NCBI RefSeq assembly: GCF_001194135.2 | Contig: NC_068992.1 | Coordinates: 3,121,287-3,185,286, forward strand | Direction of reading: 5' to 3' | From: Octopus bimaculoides | Taxonomy: Eukaryota | Length of the DNA: 64,000 nucleotides | Shown here: positions 25,257 to 38,815 of the stretch, piece after piece | Position numbering within the stretch: position 1 is the first letter of the stretch | Layout: each line of letters opens with the position of its first letter | The notes under the pieces: model-generated | The model's database searches: none | The model's input: only the letters and a program-made list of their open reading frames with translations | Told to the model about the DNA's origin: nothing | Position numbers and translations under genes: made by a program

Positions 25257-25412
25257 TGTAGTAGTAGTAGTAGTAGTAGAAGTAGTAGTAATGATAATTA
25301 TATTATTATTATTGTTATTACTATTACTGTTATTGTTATTATGTTATTATTGTTATTATTGTTGTTATTATTATGATTATTACAATTGTAATTGTTGTTG
25401 TTGTTGTTGTTG
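25257..25412. repeat. Compound trinucleotide repeat (TAG)n-(TAA/TTA/TTG)n
   Basis: Direct read of the sequence. Confidence 0.9.
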
Positions 25413-26359
25413 CTACGCTAATAATGTAAATGAAGAAAATACAATTTTTCTTTTAGCGAAATATTTAGTTGAGAGATTTTCCGGAAGTTTAATTGTTTTA
25501 ATGAAAATTGTATCTTTAGATAAATTTGGTTTAAGTATTTTCTGAAATTCCACAACGAATGAAAAAAAAATAATTTTTACAAATATTAATAAAATATCGT
25601 CTAATTAATTAGTGATGTTCAATTAAATCAACATAATCGTTAATGAACCCATAATCGCATAAACACATGTTTAATATACATATATAGCTGCCTGCAGGGC
25701 GTTTACGAATAAATCTTTTTATATATGACAGTTTTTCGAGTGTATAAATATAAATGTGTGTGTGTTTGCATGTGTGTATGTGTTTATCTGTAGAAGGGCG
25801 TGCGTGTGTGTAATGAAGAGAGAGAGAGAAAGAGAAAGAAAGAGAGGAAGAGAGAGAAAGAGAGGGAGAGAGAGAAAGAGGAGGAGGAGGAGAGAGAGAG
25901 AGTAATGTAGCGAGATTATTAAACTAGATAACTTTGGAAAAGATTCTAGATCATCATTTTTCAAATGAGAACAGATACTACAATTAATATTAAGTGATTA
26001 ATCTTACTGTAATGAATTCTTTGTTTGTTTGTTTTGTTGTTGTTGTTTTTTTGCTTGTTTGTTTTTAACATACATATCTAATAATCTACAGATGTATCCA
26101 TGGAAACTTGAATATAAAACAATTTTCTTTTATACGGTGAAATATATATATATGTGAGAGAGAGAGAGAGAGACAGACAGAGAGAGACAGACAGACAGAC
26201 AGACAGAGACAGAGAGAAAGAATGTGCGTGTATACATAGATAGATAGATATATATATACATACATACATACATACATACATAGAGAGATAGGCTCAGGTG
26301 GTACGTATAATTCATCAGACAGTTTATTAAGCTCATAATTCTAGTATATATTGTGGACG

Positions 26360-26700
26360 TTTTGAGAGAGATCAGGAAGAGATTTCGTCTCAAAAGCCTG
26401 AGCAGCGACACCAAGACAATGTTCCGGTCCACAATTCCATCCACTTAACCAACTTCTTCACACAAATGGGCACCAAAGCTGTCTTTCACGTTCCCTCTCA
26501 GCCCAGACCTTGTTCCATGTAACTTGTAGTAGCCCCCCCACACACACACACACCAAGCTGAAAGAAGAGATGAAGGAGGATATGACAAGAGTCGTTAATA
26601 GTTAGACCTCCATGGGGCCTTTACGAAGTGATTGGAGTGATACAACAAGTGCATTGACGTTAGAGGATCCCACATTGAAAGAGAATAGATCACTGTACTC
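26360..26700 (-). pseudogene. Decayed CR1-like LINE 3' fragment
   Basis: Minus: EYSD..VNAL; YKLHGTRSGL..KDSF; WNCGPEH..AFETK, resembling YKL...R....R..FF..WN.LP..VV....FK. Weak. Confidence 0.35.
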
Positions 26701-27042
26701 CTTTAAAATTGATATCTGTCTCTCCTAAAAAAAAGTTTCAAAACTTCTGGAATGCACATTACTCTATATATCGTGTACATACATATATATATATATATAT
26801 ATATGTGTGTGTAACAATTAGAAAATGGAGGATAATATGCTGAACCCAACTACTTGCAGACGGTGTATCCCGTTGAATTCATTAATTTAATTCATAGCAA
26901 AAGTGACAAAAAGGAAGAAAAGAGAAAGAAAGAAAGAAAGAACCAAAGCACAGGTGTCCATGGTAGACTATGTTATTTTGCCAACATGGTTTACATATAG
27001 AAGTACAAAGTACATAAGGAATTAGAGGATGAACAGAAGTTT

Positions 27043-27171
27043 AATCTTACAGCTGTTTCGGCCTAGTTTTAGCAAGCCCCATTCTATCCGAATATTCCTT
27101 TCCGGAATGATTATCGGATGACATTTTGAAATGGGGTTACATGCCCGAACCTCTAGGCCTCTTCAGAGATT
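27043..27171 (-). ncRNA. Type-I hammerhead ribozyme motif with fully canonical core and an 86-nt extension of stem II
   Basis: Minus: aatct CTGAAGA ggcctag [86 nt] ctaggcc GAAA cagctg TA agatt. 5/5 stem I, 7/7 stem II, palindromic stem III, GUA triplet; predicted cut between 27048 and 27047. Confidence 0.75.
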
Positions 27172-29000
27172 CACAAAGGGTTACATACAAATGTAGAGCA
27201 AGAGGTAAAAACAGAGGTGTGGTAGAGACCAGAAGAAAAACAACAGCAAAAATAAGATAGAAATAAAAATAAAAAATAAAATTGAAATCAAAATATAAAT
27301 AAAAATAAAAATACATATATANNNNNNNNNNNNNNNNNNNNNNNNNNNNNNNNNNNNNNNNNNNNNNNNNNNNNNNNNNNNNNNNNNNNNNNNNNNNNNN
27401 NNNNNNNNNNNNNNNNNNNNNNNNNNNNNNNNNNNNNNNNNNNNNNNNNNNNNNNNNNNNNNNNNNNNNNNNNNNNNNNNNNNNNNNNATATATATATAT
27501 ATACTCTTTTACAAATTTCAGTCATATATATATATCCTGGGCAAGATAGGGGTTCCAGACCAGTGATGCAAATTCTAGGTGAAGCCGCACCATAGCTTTA
27601 TATATATCAAGAAGTGATGCAGTACGACCGTTTCAAGCGGCTCCATTTAATTGAACAATGCAGTCATTACATCAATTTAAATGCAGAGCTATTATCAGCT
27701 GCACAAATAAATAGAATTTTAATCAGTTGGACACATTAATATAATTTTTCTCAAACGCTTTAACAGAGCCAGAAGATGAAAGAAATTCATGTTGTCACTA
27801 TTATATCTAAGAATAGACTACACTTCCAAGACAGGGATGAAGCCGACTGGAGTCATACCTTGTAAACGATTGTGGATCATTTCTAATTTATTTGTCTTTT
27901 TATCAACTGCCAAATCTAAGGCTAGAGGACTGTGTCTGTTTGGAATGAAACACACACATAAATATGTACATAAATATATGTAAAGTCAAGAATGTTCGTT
28001 ATATACGTATATGTACATATATGCATATAAGTATATATATATATGTACATATATGTATATAAGTATATGTATGTACATATATCTTGACATATATATCTCG
28101 ATACACCAATATACAAATCACAAAATATGACGCTTAAAGTGCAATAACCACATGCACACTCGTGCGATGCACACTCGTGCGATGCGTACCCGTACACACA
28201 TCTGTGTCCCTTACATCCGTCTAATATTTCACTAATGTTTAAGTATTTCAGCTCAGCATCTTGATACATGGTATGTGTGTGTATACGCATATATACATGC
28301 ACATATATATATATATATGTGTATATACATGCATAGATATGTAGATATATGCATGTATATATACATAAATATATACATATATATATATGTACATATATAA
28401 TACATATGTATAAATATGTGTGTATGTATGTACGTATGTATACAATCATCTATATATATATATATATATGCAAATATATGTATACTGATGAGTTTGTAAT
28501 TGTTGGTCTTCCTTTTCTTCTCAAATACAGCAGCAATTGATAAATCGATGACAGCGAGTGTTTTTCTCTTCAGTCATATTATTTTCCTTTTGTTTTCATA
28601 ATAATGTGTATTATATTCTTTTCTCACGGAAATTGCGTGCATAAGAGAAAAACAACTTGTATTTCTTGACTGAAGAAGCTATTAGTGACAAAGAGGATAA
28701 CGTTATGGTTTCCACTTGAAATGGAAGACAGTTGCACGAAACTTAACGAAATATATGACCTACTTAATATACATAACATTTGTGATTGGATAAAATAATA
28801 TGGCACAGTTATGCTCGTTTCATATTTGGTGTGTGTATTCGTATGAACGAGGGTATTCATATGTGTGCATATGCGTGTGTGTATGTGTGTTTGTGTGTGT
28901 GTGTTAGGTAGATTTGGGGATTGCGTAAAGATATACACACAAATACTCACACACATATATATATGTACATACACTTATGTATGTCAATACAAATATATAT

Positions 29001-29037
<37 letters not shown>

Positions 29038-29919
29038 NNNNNNNNNNNNNNNNNNNNNNNNNNNNNNNNNNNNNNNNNNNNNNNNNNNNNNNNNNNNNNN
29101 NNNNNNNNNNNNNNNNNNNNNNNNNNNNNNNNNNNNNNNNNNNNNNNNNNNNNNNNNNNNNNNNNNNNNNNNNNNNNNNNNNNNNNNNNNNNNNNNNNNN
29201 NNNNNNNNNNNNNNNNNNNNNNNNNNNNNNNNNNNNNNNNNNNNNNNNNNNNNNNNNNNNNNNNNNNNNNNNNNNNNNNNNNNNNNNNNNNNNNNNNNNN
29301 NNNNNNNNNNNNNNNNNNNNNNNNNNNNNNNNNNNNNNNNNNNNNNNNNNNNNNNNNNNNNNNNNNNNNNNNNNNNNNNNNNNNNNNNNNNNNNNNNNNN
29401 NNNNNNNNNNNNNNNNNNNNNNNNNNNNNNNNNNNNNNNNNNNNNNNNNNNNNNNNNNNNNNNNNNNNNNNNNNNNNNNNNNNNNNNNNNNNNNNNNNNN
29501 NNNNNNNNNNNNNNNNNNNNNNNNNNNNNNNNNNNNNNNNNNNNNNNNNNNNNNNNNNNNNNNNNNNNNNNNNNNNNNNNNNNNNNNNNNNNNNNNNNNN
29601 NNNNNNNNNNNNNNNNNNNNNNNNNNNNNNNNNNNNNNNNNNNNNNNNNNNNNNNNNNNNNNNNNNNNNNNNNNNNNNNNNNNNNNNNNNNNNNNNNNNN
29701 NNNNTATATATATATATATATATATATGTATACTTTACAAGGTTGTTCGTCGACAGGGTAACAATAACACTAACAACAGTGTAACAACAAATGATCCTTT
29801 CAATCGACCGACATGTGCAGGTGGCCTATTTTAGCTAAAGCTGACAATCTTCGTAAGGGTGGTATATTGATTAAGACACCGGTTGTAGTTAATCTTTAAA
29901 GCTACTATTCTCATATATA

Positions 29920-30660
29920 TGAATCGTGTTGATCGATTACCGAAGGGCATATGGCACACGTGGATAGAGCGATAACTAGAAATATCACGAAGAAGGTTAG
30001 ATGTCTGAAACAAAATACAATGAATCATTGGAGATAAGAGTTAGCATCTGGAGAGGAAACATTAACAGATTAGAAGAGAAATCTTCCAAGGGGCGCTCTC
30101 TCTCTCTCTCTCCCTTTGATATCGTGTTTGAAATAGAATCGGTTCCTTGTCACTTTTACTCATCAAAGATAAGAAGAGGTATTCTCTGATGAAGATTAGG
30201 GGAAAAGCGAACTCTCTATTTATAGACAATTTAAAGGTCTGTGGAAGAGGCACGAAACAACTGGACTACAATGGTGTTAACGGTTAGAATGGTGATTTAT
30301 GACATCGGGACGCCATTTGGAATCGAGAAATATATTCTCATGGAGATGAAATGGAAGGAAATCATGAAGCTGATGGCAAAAATATAGAACTTTTTAAATG
30401 CAGGAAAAGCAAATGAGGTTCTTGTGATACCGTAAAGGTAATAAAATCATAAGATAACGAATGTTCCTAGAAAACATTTTCGAAGAATGAAGATTTAAAA
30501 TCAAAACTAAGTACTGAAAACATCAAGCAAGAAGGCAACATGATAGCAGTATTGCTAACTAAGGTATGAAGCAGAAGTTACTGAGTGTGGGAAGAACAAA
30601 CTGGGGATATCGACAGGAAGACGTAGAAGCAGCTCACTGCTTCCACTCTCCCCATAAAGA
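29920..30660 (+). pseudogene. R4/Dong-clade non-LTR retrotransposon RT fragment
   Basis: IDYRRAY (29932); NTMNHW..LASGEETL; IRREIFQG; NSLFIDNLK (degenerate FMDDLK); IDRKT*KQLT. Confidence 0.7.
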
Positions 30661-30699
30661 TGAGCGCTACTCGGTCTTTCAATCTAAATTCTAGCACTC

Positions 30700-31170
30700 G
30701 CTATCACCGAGGATTCCTCCTAGCGAAAAGTGCATCCTTAATATAGCCATGACTATATCCTAAAGAATTAACTCTTCCTCTTGGGAACATTTTAGCCCCC
30801 AACAATTTTCTGACAATCTACAAAGCTCAGTGAGGCACGTATTGGAAAATTGGTTCCGCCATTTGTGACAATGCAGCTAAAACGTTTACAAACCTGCTGA
30901 GCCACTCGAACCACTGACATTAAATCACTATCAAACACGTTTCAGTTTCTAACTCACAAGCATGTTCTCTTCTTTTTCTATCGCTAATATACTGGTCCCT
31001 GATCCTCAGAGCTCGCTGGTTTCGTACCACCTCTACTTAGGCGCCCTGACTCACACGTCTTTCCACCTCTCATCACTTTGTTACGTCTGGCCCTTCCGAT
31101 CTTGAACTAACTATGATACCCAGTCCTTTGTTTTCATAAAATCTTTTTTCCGACGCATAAACGATTCTAT
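30700..31170 (+). pseudogene. CR1/L2-like LINE 3' RT fragment
   Basis: TIYKAQ; SLSNTFQFLTHKHV; LFFFYR*YTGP*SSELAGFVPP, resembling L.HRR.V..L.LFYRYY.G.CS.EL....P. Confidence 0.6.
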
Positions 31171-32663
31171 CACTTCGGCCCCTTAAAATCACAGAAAATC
31201 GCTTATAAAAGAATACACGTGCAAGTATTGCAAATTAACCATCAGTAGCGTGATGGTTATGAATATTTACGTATGGAAGGTTTCTGAAGTCTCCTTATAC
31301 ATGCTGGAATTTCAAAACTACTGCAGGCGTTTTGATGTGCTTTTCTTGATATCAGAATTGTCTATTTATCAGGAAATGTTTCTTGGAGTTGACCGGTATT
31401 CAATGCACAGAGATTACATTTACAACTGCTTCGAGCCAGGAATAAATACTGATCTATAAATCCCTTCGCATCTCAAGATAAGCATTTCTGATGCACAATT
31501 TCACCAATTATTCCTATCTATATACATGCATACATACATACATACAAAGATAGATAGATAGACAGACAGACAGATACATACATACATATGTATGTGTGTG
31601 TATACATATATCTGTGTATGTGGGGAGAGAAAGAGAGAGAGAGAGGGAAGAGATAGAGGAAAGTGAGGGGAAGTGAGTGGATGATAATTCCAATAACAGT
31701 TAATTGTAGTTTTGGGTAAATATTGATAATACAGATGGGAATGGACATGGTCCTTAAAGTGAGCTTGCGCAAGAAACTAGCGTAGTTCTATTAAACCTCC
31801 CCAGGGAAATATATTCCGTACAATTGGTAAAAGTAAGAGTGATTGACAAATACATTGTTACAGTTATTAACTTGACATAATTGTAGGATAGATACACTGA
31901 GGCAAAATTATTCTAATACATCTGATCATATATCTAGACACATTAAGTGTTTTCTATGTCGATAAAAGTATTCAGTGTTCCATTCTAGGTTCTAAATCAG
32001 TTATCTAAAGTCATTTTCAGTTTGGAATCTTCTGGTGAAAGGTATTCATGTGTCAAGTAAACTTAAACTGGAAATACTGACGGATAATTAACGTGTAGTG
32101 AACGACGTAACTGAGTCGAAAAGTCAATAGAACTTCTTCCCACAAAATGGCGTGTAACAGTCTGTAAAGAAGTAGCAATGTTTATATCATGATAGTCTAT
32201 CTTTATCTAGTGTGTATATACACAAATCTATAAGGTTAATGTGATAATTGTTCTATTCAAAGTGTAGCATATTGATTGTTGTGAGAACACCTGCAAGAGC
32301 AAAGAGAAAACATTGCGTTGCTGTTAACTTGGGACTAAACGTCTAGAATAAAAATAAGGAGGGAAACTGAAAAAGAAGACTGGTGCAGTTTATCAGGATC
32401 GTAAAAGATTTGAATTTAGATTACAACGCACGAAAATAAATTCAGCATAATGCTTCAAGGTGTTTTTGTTGGAATTTTTCAAATTGTGAACTCAGGAAAA
32501 ATTATTTGATGGTTCACGAAAAAAGCCTCAATTTTGCATTTGCTTTTCCCAACGTACCAAAAATAAGATTTTGAAAATAATCAGCGAAGCACTAAAATAT
32601 ACTGTTATATTTGGGGATGGCTATTTTTTTTAACCTTTTTTTATTATTTTTTTTTTTTTTGGA

Positions 32664-32756
32664 ATCGTGTGACCTCTTCAGTAACTCTCCCTCTCATGTG
32701 TCTCCTCCTGAACAGGAGACACGTGGGATAGAGAGCGACTGAAGATGTCCTAGGAT
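32664..32756 (+). ncRNA. Pre-miRNA-like hairpin (candidate)
   Basis: 36-bp stem 32671-32706 / 32714-32749 with 29 Watson-Crick pairs, 2 G-U and 5 symmetric mismatches, 7-nt loop, 3 extra basal pairs, U-rich 5' flank. Transcribed strand is not determinable. Confidence 0.4.
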
Positions 32757-33230
32757 GTGTGACGAAAGATTTCAGAGGAAGGACACTAAAACAAGGACAA
32801 TAATAAAAACTGAAGTGGAAAACGAGTACGTTTTGTGTGTGGTTATTTGTAAAGAAAAATTACCACCTGAAATATAACAATAACTGTTTCAACACACGAT
32901 TTCATATCAGGAATCTTGCAAAACAAATATATAGACNNNNNNNNNNNNNNNNNNNNNNNNNNNNNNGATCGAAAAATGTGCTTACAACATTAAATTAATT
33001 TTTTAAAATTGATTTATTAGCTTGTACATTAATCGTGAAACAAGTTTTGTATTGACCACAGGGACTAATAAAATAGACTTCATTTGTTTTGCCCGCCTTA
33101 CACCATTTACGTACCAAGAAGAAAAGTCCGTTTGTTTTTTATTTTACTTTTATTTAAAAAAAAAAAAAACAACGGCCATTCAACGCGTTGTAGTTCAGCT
33201 TTAACTGCTCTTTCTCCCTTTCTTTGTCTT

Positions 33231-33280
<50 letters not shown>

Positions 33281-33611
33281 TATCGTAACGACAAATATAA
33301 TATTCACATAAAACCATGTTGTACATAGGGGACTCTATAGAAATGACAGGTTTTATCCTAATAAATCTTCATTTTATTGTATTTTTAACACAATTCATCC
33401 AGCTTTCCTACTCTTATTATATAAACATATAGACTGTTAATCCGTGTTATCTGTTTGTAAAACAACAAGGAACTTAATAATTTGTCAAAATTGACAGATC
33501 CGGGAGACTTATTCAACTGAATCCAGACAACATGGCTTCGAAGTTCTGCATTTTCTTCTCACATCTCTTTTTCACACATGCACTCACGCGCTTACGCACG
33601 CACACGAACAA

Positions 33612-33643
<32 letters not shown>

Positions 33644-33888
33644 ACTCATTCTCTCTCTTTTTTGTGTCTCCATTTCTGCCCCCCTCTCTCTCTCTGTGTA
33701 CACACACACACATATATAAACAGATAGACAGACAGACACATTGAAGGATGGAAGGATAGAAAAATAGAGAGAGCGATAGAGACAGACAGACAAATTATAA
33801 TTGTTAATGCTGAAACAATGCGAAATGAAATATAAAAGTGAACAAAAAGTGAATACAGAACAAATGTCGAAGTTTCCACCAAGTATTT

Positions 33889-33926
33889 CTTCAATATTTC
33901 GGAGTTAGGACCCCTTCGTCAGGACA
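33889..33926 (-). ncRNA. Minimal hammerhead-like motif (CUGACGA-A family)
   Basis: Minus: tgtc CTGACGA a gggg tcctaa ctcc GAAA ta TT gaag. One extra A after A9, 4-bp stem II, AUAU palindrome, stem I 3/4. Confidence 0.4.
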
Positions 33927-35904
33927 TGTGGAGAAATGGGAGAGGGAATAAAGCTACTGCCGTTGCTCAGATATGTGAGAGAAGGTAGTAACATGCGCAG
34001 ATTGGTGTTGTTATGGTAGCCAGTCTGCTTCGAGTAGCTCTTGTTTTATGCTAGTTTTAACTTACTAATTAAGACATCTATAGAACTCATCAGAGCTGAC
34101 AAAATTAAGCATCTTTGAGCTTCTTGTTAAGCCACATTAATTGCTACTTTAATTATAGAGATAAAAGTGTTTCGCGTTTTCAAAGCATATGGAGTTTGCC
34201 ATCGTAAACTGGAGTTCCAAAATTTTATTCCAAGATTACAAAGGTACCATGTAGTCTATAATTACGCTGTTAAGTCATCAGCTGATAAAAATGTAATATA
34301 TGAAGCTATCTCCTCATGTATTTAAGCCGAAGTCATAAACAAGACAGTCGTATTTCGAAGAACTAATTTTTCCACAGCATCAAAACGCTACTATATTTTG
34401 CAGCTTGTTAATCCTGCGACACCAAATAAGAAACGAGTTGAAGCAACATTTGTTGAAGTAGTCAATGCTGTTTCTTTGCTATTAGCCATAATGGCACCAA
34501 CCAATACAAACGGTCACTAAATGAGTTGGCAAATCACTAGTTAAACCAATTAAAGCAAACCAGCTAACAATACCAAAAGTAGCTGAACAACTCAGGGCTA
34601 TCTCGTTTAATGAATGTTTAGACCTTAGCAAATGCAATAAAACATCAACAGTAAGTCTTTCCTTTTTTAGGTAAGCATAAACTGTTTGCTTCTTTGATGT
34701 TTTGGCACTTTGATGCTTTTCATTACAGAAACCAGCCACCGTTCGATTGCAATAATCACTAGCTTTCCGTTGGTGGCAAAATTAATTAGACTAGAAAAAT
34801 CTAATACAGCATCGGGTCAAATAATTTGAAAATCGCTTTTAAACTTTACGCCGTATTTCTGTGTCCTTTAGAAATATAGAACTCTTCCCACCGGTGCGTC
34901 AAAATGAAACAGATATAGTGCCAACTCTTCATTTGTTTGTTTTCGCTTGATAATCAGCTTTTATTTAATACTTTATGTTCAATTTGTTGGTATTTTTATT
35001 TTTAAAATGCTTTAGAAAAGTGAATCATATTGTTTGTAAAGGAAAGCGTATTGAATTTTATATTGCCAAATATGATTGTTTTGACGCAAACAAATATAAG
35101 ACAAAACGGAAATAATTCATTTGAGTGAATCTTCAACCAAGTAGATAGTCTCAGTTGGCTAAAATATGAACAATAGAATAAAGCGACTCTCCAACAGCAA
35201 CAGCAACAATAATGGTGTTTGAAATCTCAATATGTGAAATTACAATTAGTTACAAAAATAATAAAAGCAACAAAATTAATTTATTCTGAGTGTTCACAAA
35301 TGCTGAGGGAAGTGGTTTTGTTTCACGTGATCTAGTTTTTCCGGCGCCCTTACTAGACAATTCTCGTCTGCCAATGATATAAATATAAGTGCTTTTATGC
35401 TCCATTCTTCCATATGAGAGGCCCTTTCAATGTAAATAACTAAGTATTCGGTGTTTCAACAACATCCACGTTAAGTTAGACAGGAAGATGGTATTTCAGT
35501 AGTAATTCTACTGTATCACTTTGTACCAGCAAGAGCAGAGAACAAATATAAGCAGCCATCTCACTCATCAACAAAACTGTGTACACTGTGATTTTGTGGG
35601 CGATGCCCTTATAGTTCAGCCCAGGTGTCATAAGACTGCTCAAACATTCCTAACATAATTTATACCACAATAGCAACAATATATTAAAAAATATCTGAAC
35701 TATATCAGAATCCAAAATCACAACAGGTTCAGTGCCCGTACACCCACGCACATAATGACACACACCTACATGTATTGTACGTACGTGCATGTATAAGTGC
35801 ATACTCATGTATATATTTCTGCGTGTGTTATGGCATTTATGAAGAACAAATGACATTGGTAACACAAGGACCAAGAGTTTCATGCCAGAGAACTCCAGGA
35901 CAAC

Positions 35905-36060
35905 GGCAAAAGCCTGTGAGTGGATTTGGTAGACGGAAACTGAGCGGTTCGGCAAAAGATATAGATAGAATAAGTACCAAACTTTAAAAAAAATTTGTCC
36001 CAGGGTCGATTCGTTCGACGAAAATTCTTCCCCAGGGTGACCGCAATCTGAGGGGTGAAA
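35905..36060 (+). mobile_element. SINE family A with its central microsatellite region deleted
   Basis: gtgagtggatttggtagacggaaactga joins directly to gcggttcggcaaaaga. Confidence 0.75.
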
Positions 36061-36686
36061 TATCTAACAGATAGCAGATAGCAATGGCAAATGCCCAGAA
36101 AGGTTTCGTGAATCAGATGTTGACCAGCAGCAGACAAATCAATGCTTGGACAAATTGGAGTAAAGTCAGGGTCAGAGGGCTCTTTCAGCCCCACCCACGG
36201 TCAAAATCTTACCGCCATCACATCGTCAATGACAACAAAAACGCTATGTATAGGATATGTTAAATCTTCTCTGGGTCGTTCTAATTTTTCAGTATATGTA
36301 TTGTCGAAGCAATGCATAGCATATGTTAAATAATATACAAAAGATATTCTTTTATTGAAATTATCTTTGCTCGAGAAAAAGGGAGTCTAATTGTCTGGTG
36401 GCAACTGGTACCAACTCGAAATGAGAAGGGCGAAACAATCACAAGAATAAAGAAATTCTCCAAAATTGGTCATTTGAATGGCACATCCGCCACAAGGCGT
36501 CAGGTTTGGTATTACTGTGTGGCATTGTGAGCGAACATAATTTTCTGCTGTCTCGGGTCGACCCATACATTGAGTGGTATTGGCTGAATATATGAAAGCC
36601 TGTAAGGCAGATTATAATCAGAAGGTTCGGCCTTGTCACACACATTGACTCATGCCGATTCTGCCTGAGAGGGAATGAGAGGGAAT

Positions 36687-36687
<1 letters not shown>

Positions 36688-36777
<90 letters not shown>
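36688..36777. repeat. (GA)n microsatellite
   Basis: Direct read of the sequence. Confidence 0.95.
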
Positions 36778-36778
<1 letters not shown>

Positions 36779-37350
36779 TAAACAGTTGCAAATACAGCAA
36801 GAAAGGGAAATATTCAGAGAGCGCAACGTATTTAGAATATGGCAGATATTTTGATGGGCCTTAGACATAATCTCCACAATTCAGTTTATAATGTTGATGT
36901 AATTTTTCATTAATGTAAATAATACAAAAGTATATAACAAGCAAACTATAAAAAAAGACTAATATCAACATCAGTCCATTTTCCAAATATATTTTCCTGG
37001 CCCTTGGGTCATCTGGAAGAATAATATTCTCAATCAATATAGCTTTTCTTTGGCTTCGGTCTGTCATTCTTGTCTACTAAATCAGTGACTGATAATAAAA
37101 TGGTCTGCTATTATTCTAATTTCTGTTGGTGGAAACACCGAATAGCCTCACCACTAATCCTTTAATCGATAATTGAAGTTCACGTGAAATTAGAACAGAC
37201 TGTTTGAAACAAACGCTTCTATTTATGTACATATAAACGTACATATATGTATGTGTATGTATATACATACATAAATACATTATATACATACTTATGTGAA
37301 TATACAAGGACTTGTTCAAACATATCTAAGTTTATCTGACTTCATAAATA

Positions 37351-37399
<49 letters not shown>

Positions 37400-38019
37400 A
37401 GATAGTCTGGACTAATTACCATATGTCCAGTTGATTAGTTTAATGTTGAGATTTTCTAATTTTCGTATTCTCTTCGTACATAAATTTAGAAGAATACTGA
37501 AATCGCCAAAACCGCCAACATTTCGAATGATCATGTTTACTGAAAGATTCTGTGAAAGCATTTATCATATGTGAATTCATCGTTGCATTAAACTAAACAA
37601 CCGTCAAAGATGAACCATAATGCAGACATCTTCGAAGGAGGAAACTTTTGATTAAATCATTGAAAACGAATACACGACAATATTTGAAACTGTCGCCATA
37701 TAAAGTTAATATTGCTACAAAAATTTTTCACGCTCTCTCCCCCTCTCTCTCACTTCTCTTTCTCTCCCGCCCTTTCTTTGTCCTTCCTTCTTTCTCTCTC
37801 TCCCCTCTTTTTCTCTCAACACATGTATTGTACCTGTAATTGTCATACACCACTCCACACTGACTCTACTAAAGAATTTCGTTAAGGCTACATACTCACC
37901 GTCGCAGTTGACAGGGATCCGTTTTAGCTATGCACAAATACAGATACACGTATATACAACTAACTTATCCTATGAACACTTTCCAAAAAGGAACACACCT
38001 AAATATGCACACCTGCCTA

Positions 38020-38380
38020 TAATGTTGGACTACCTGTCTGATAAGGGCGCACCAAGCACATGCATCACAACCCTGTGTGCGTGACATAGTGATCTTATAT
38101 CAAGATAAACAGTACATGACCTTGTAGGTGGGACCCAGTTAAAGTTTTCTTCAGGTCGAGTAGCCCATCCTATTTAAAAGTCCCTGAATAAGCTTTGTTT
38201 CAGGATTATGAACTAAACACCCATGTTTCCAGAGGTGAATTATTCAAACCTCAAAGAATTCCTCTCAACACATGGTTATGATGCTCCCCCCCCCCACTAC
38301 TTCTGCTCGTGGTCAGAGATGCACATATCATCGTCTGCCACCAAAGGATAGACTCAAATGGTTATGGTCAAACAACTGAC
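38020..38380 (-). mobile_element. Interspersed repeat, probably an RTE-associated non-autonomous element
   Basis: ctacctgtctgataaggg..cacatgcatcacaacc..cacccatgtttccagaggtgaattattc..ccactacttctgctcgt recalled as a high-copy octopus repeat. Recall only; no second copy in this window. Confidence 0.35.
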
Positions 38381-38752
38381 AATACCAAGATAGAGACTTG
38401 AACTCACTATTTAGCATTTCAACAGCCGACATTTTTAGGCATGTCATGATGGCTTATTATCAACGAACGACATTTTGTCAGTTAAGATGGCTTCCTTTTG
38501 TAACAAAGTTGTGTTCAAGTCGCTTTTTCTTGTTCATGTGGCACGGCTAATGATTCAATGACTGAATGAATATTCTCCAAACAGTTCAGGTAAAACATTT
38601 TCATTCTCTTTCAGATTGTATTAAATTCTTTATTATTCTCATTCTTCTGCTCTTTTTCATTCTTTCTTCAGCTGTCTGTTTGCCTGTCTGTCCGTCTTTC
38701 TTTCTCAATACATGTGTGTGTAGGAAGTCATTTATATATATGTGTGTGTGTA

Positions 38753-38815
<63 letters not shown>

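Noticed and set aside
32740-32780. CTGAAGA t gtc..gac GAAA gatt TC overlapping the hairpin's 3' arm
   Set aside because: Stem I does not pair and stem III is neither palindromic nor foldable; the hairpin explains the sequence better.
34015-34110. Minus-strand CTGATGA..GAAG cagactg GC motif
   Set aside because: GAAA and UH are both altered and stem I is absent; at best an unrecognisably decayed copy.
34482-34739. Hydrophobic 85-aa ORF, possible membrane-protein exon
   Set aside because: No recognisable family; candidate plus-strand splice sites enclose stops in all frames.
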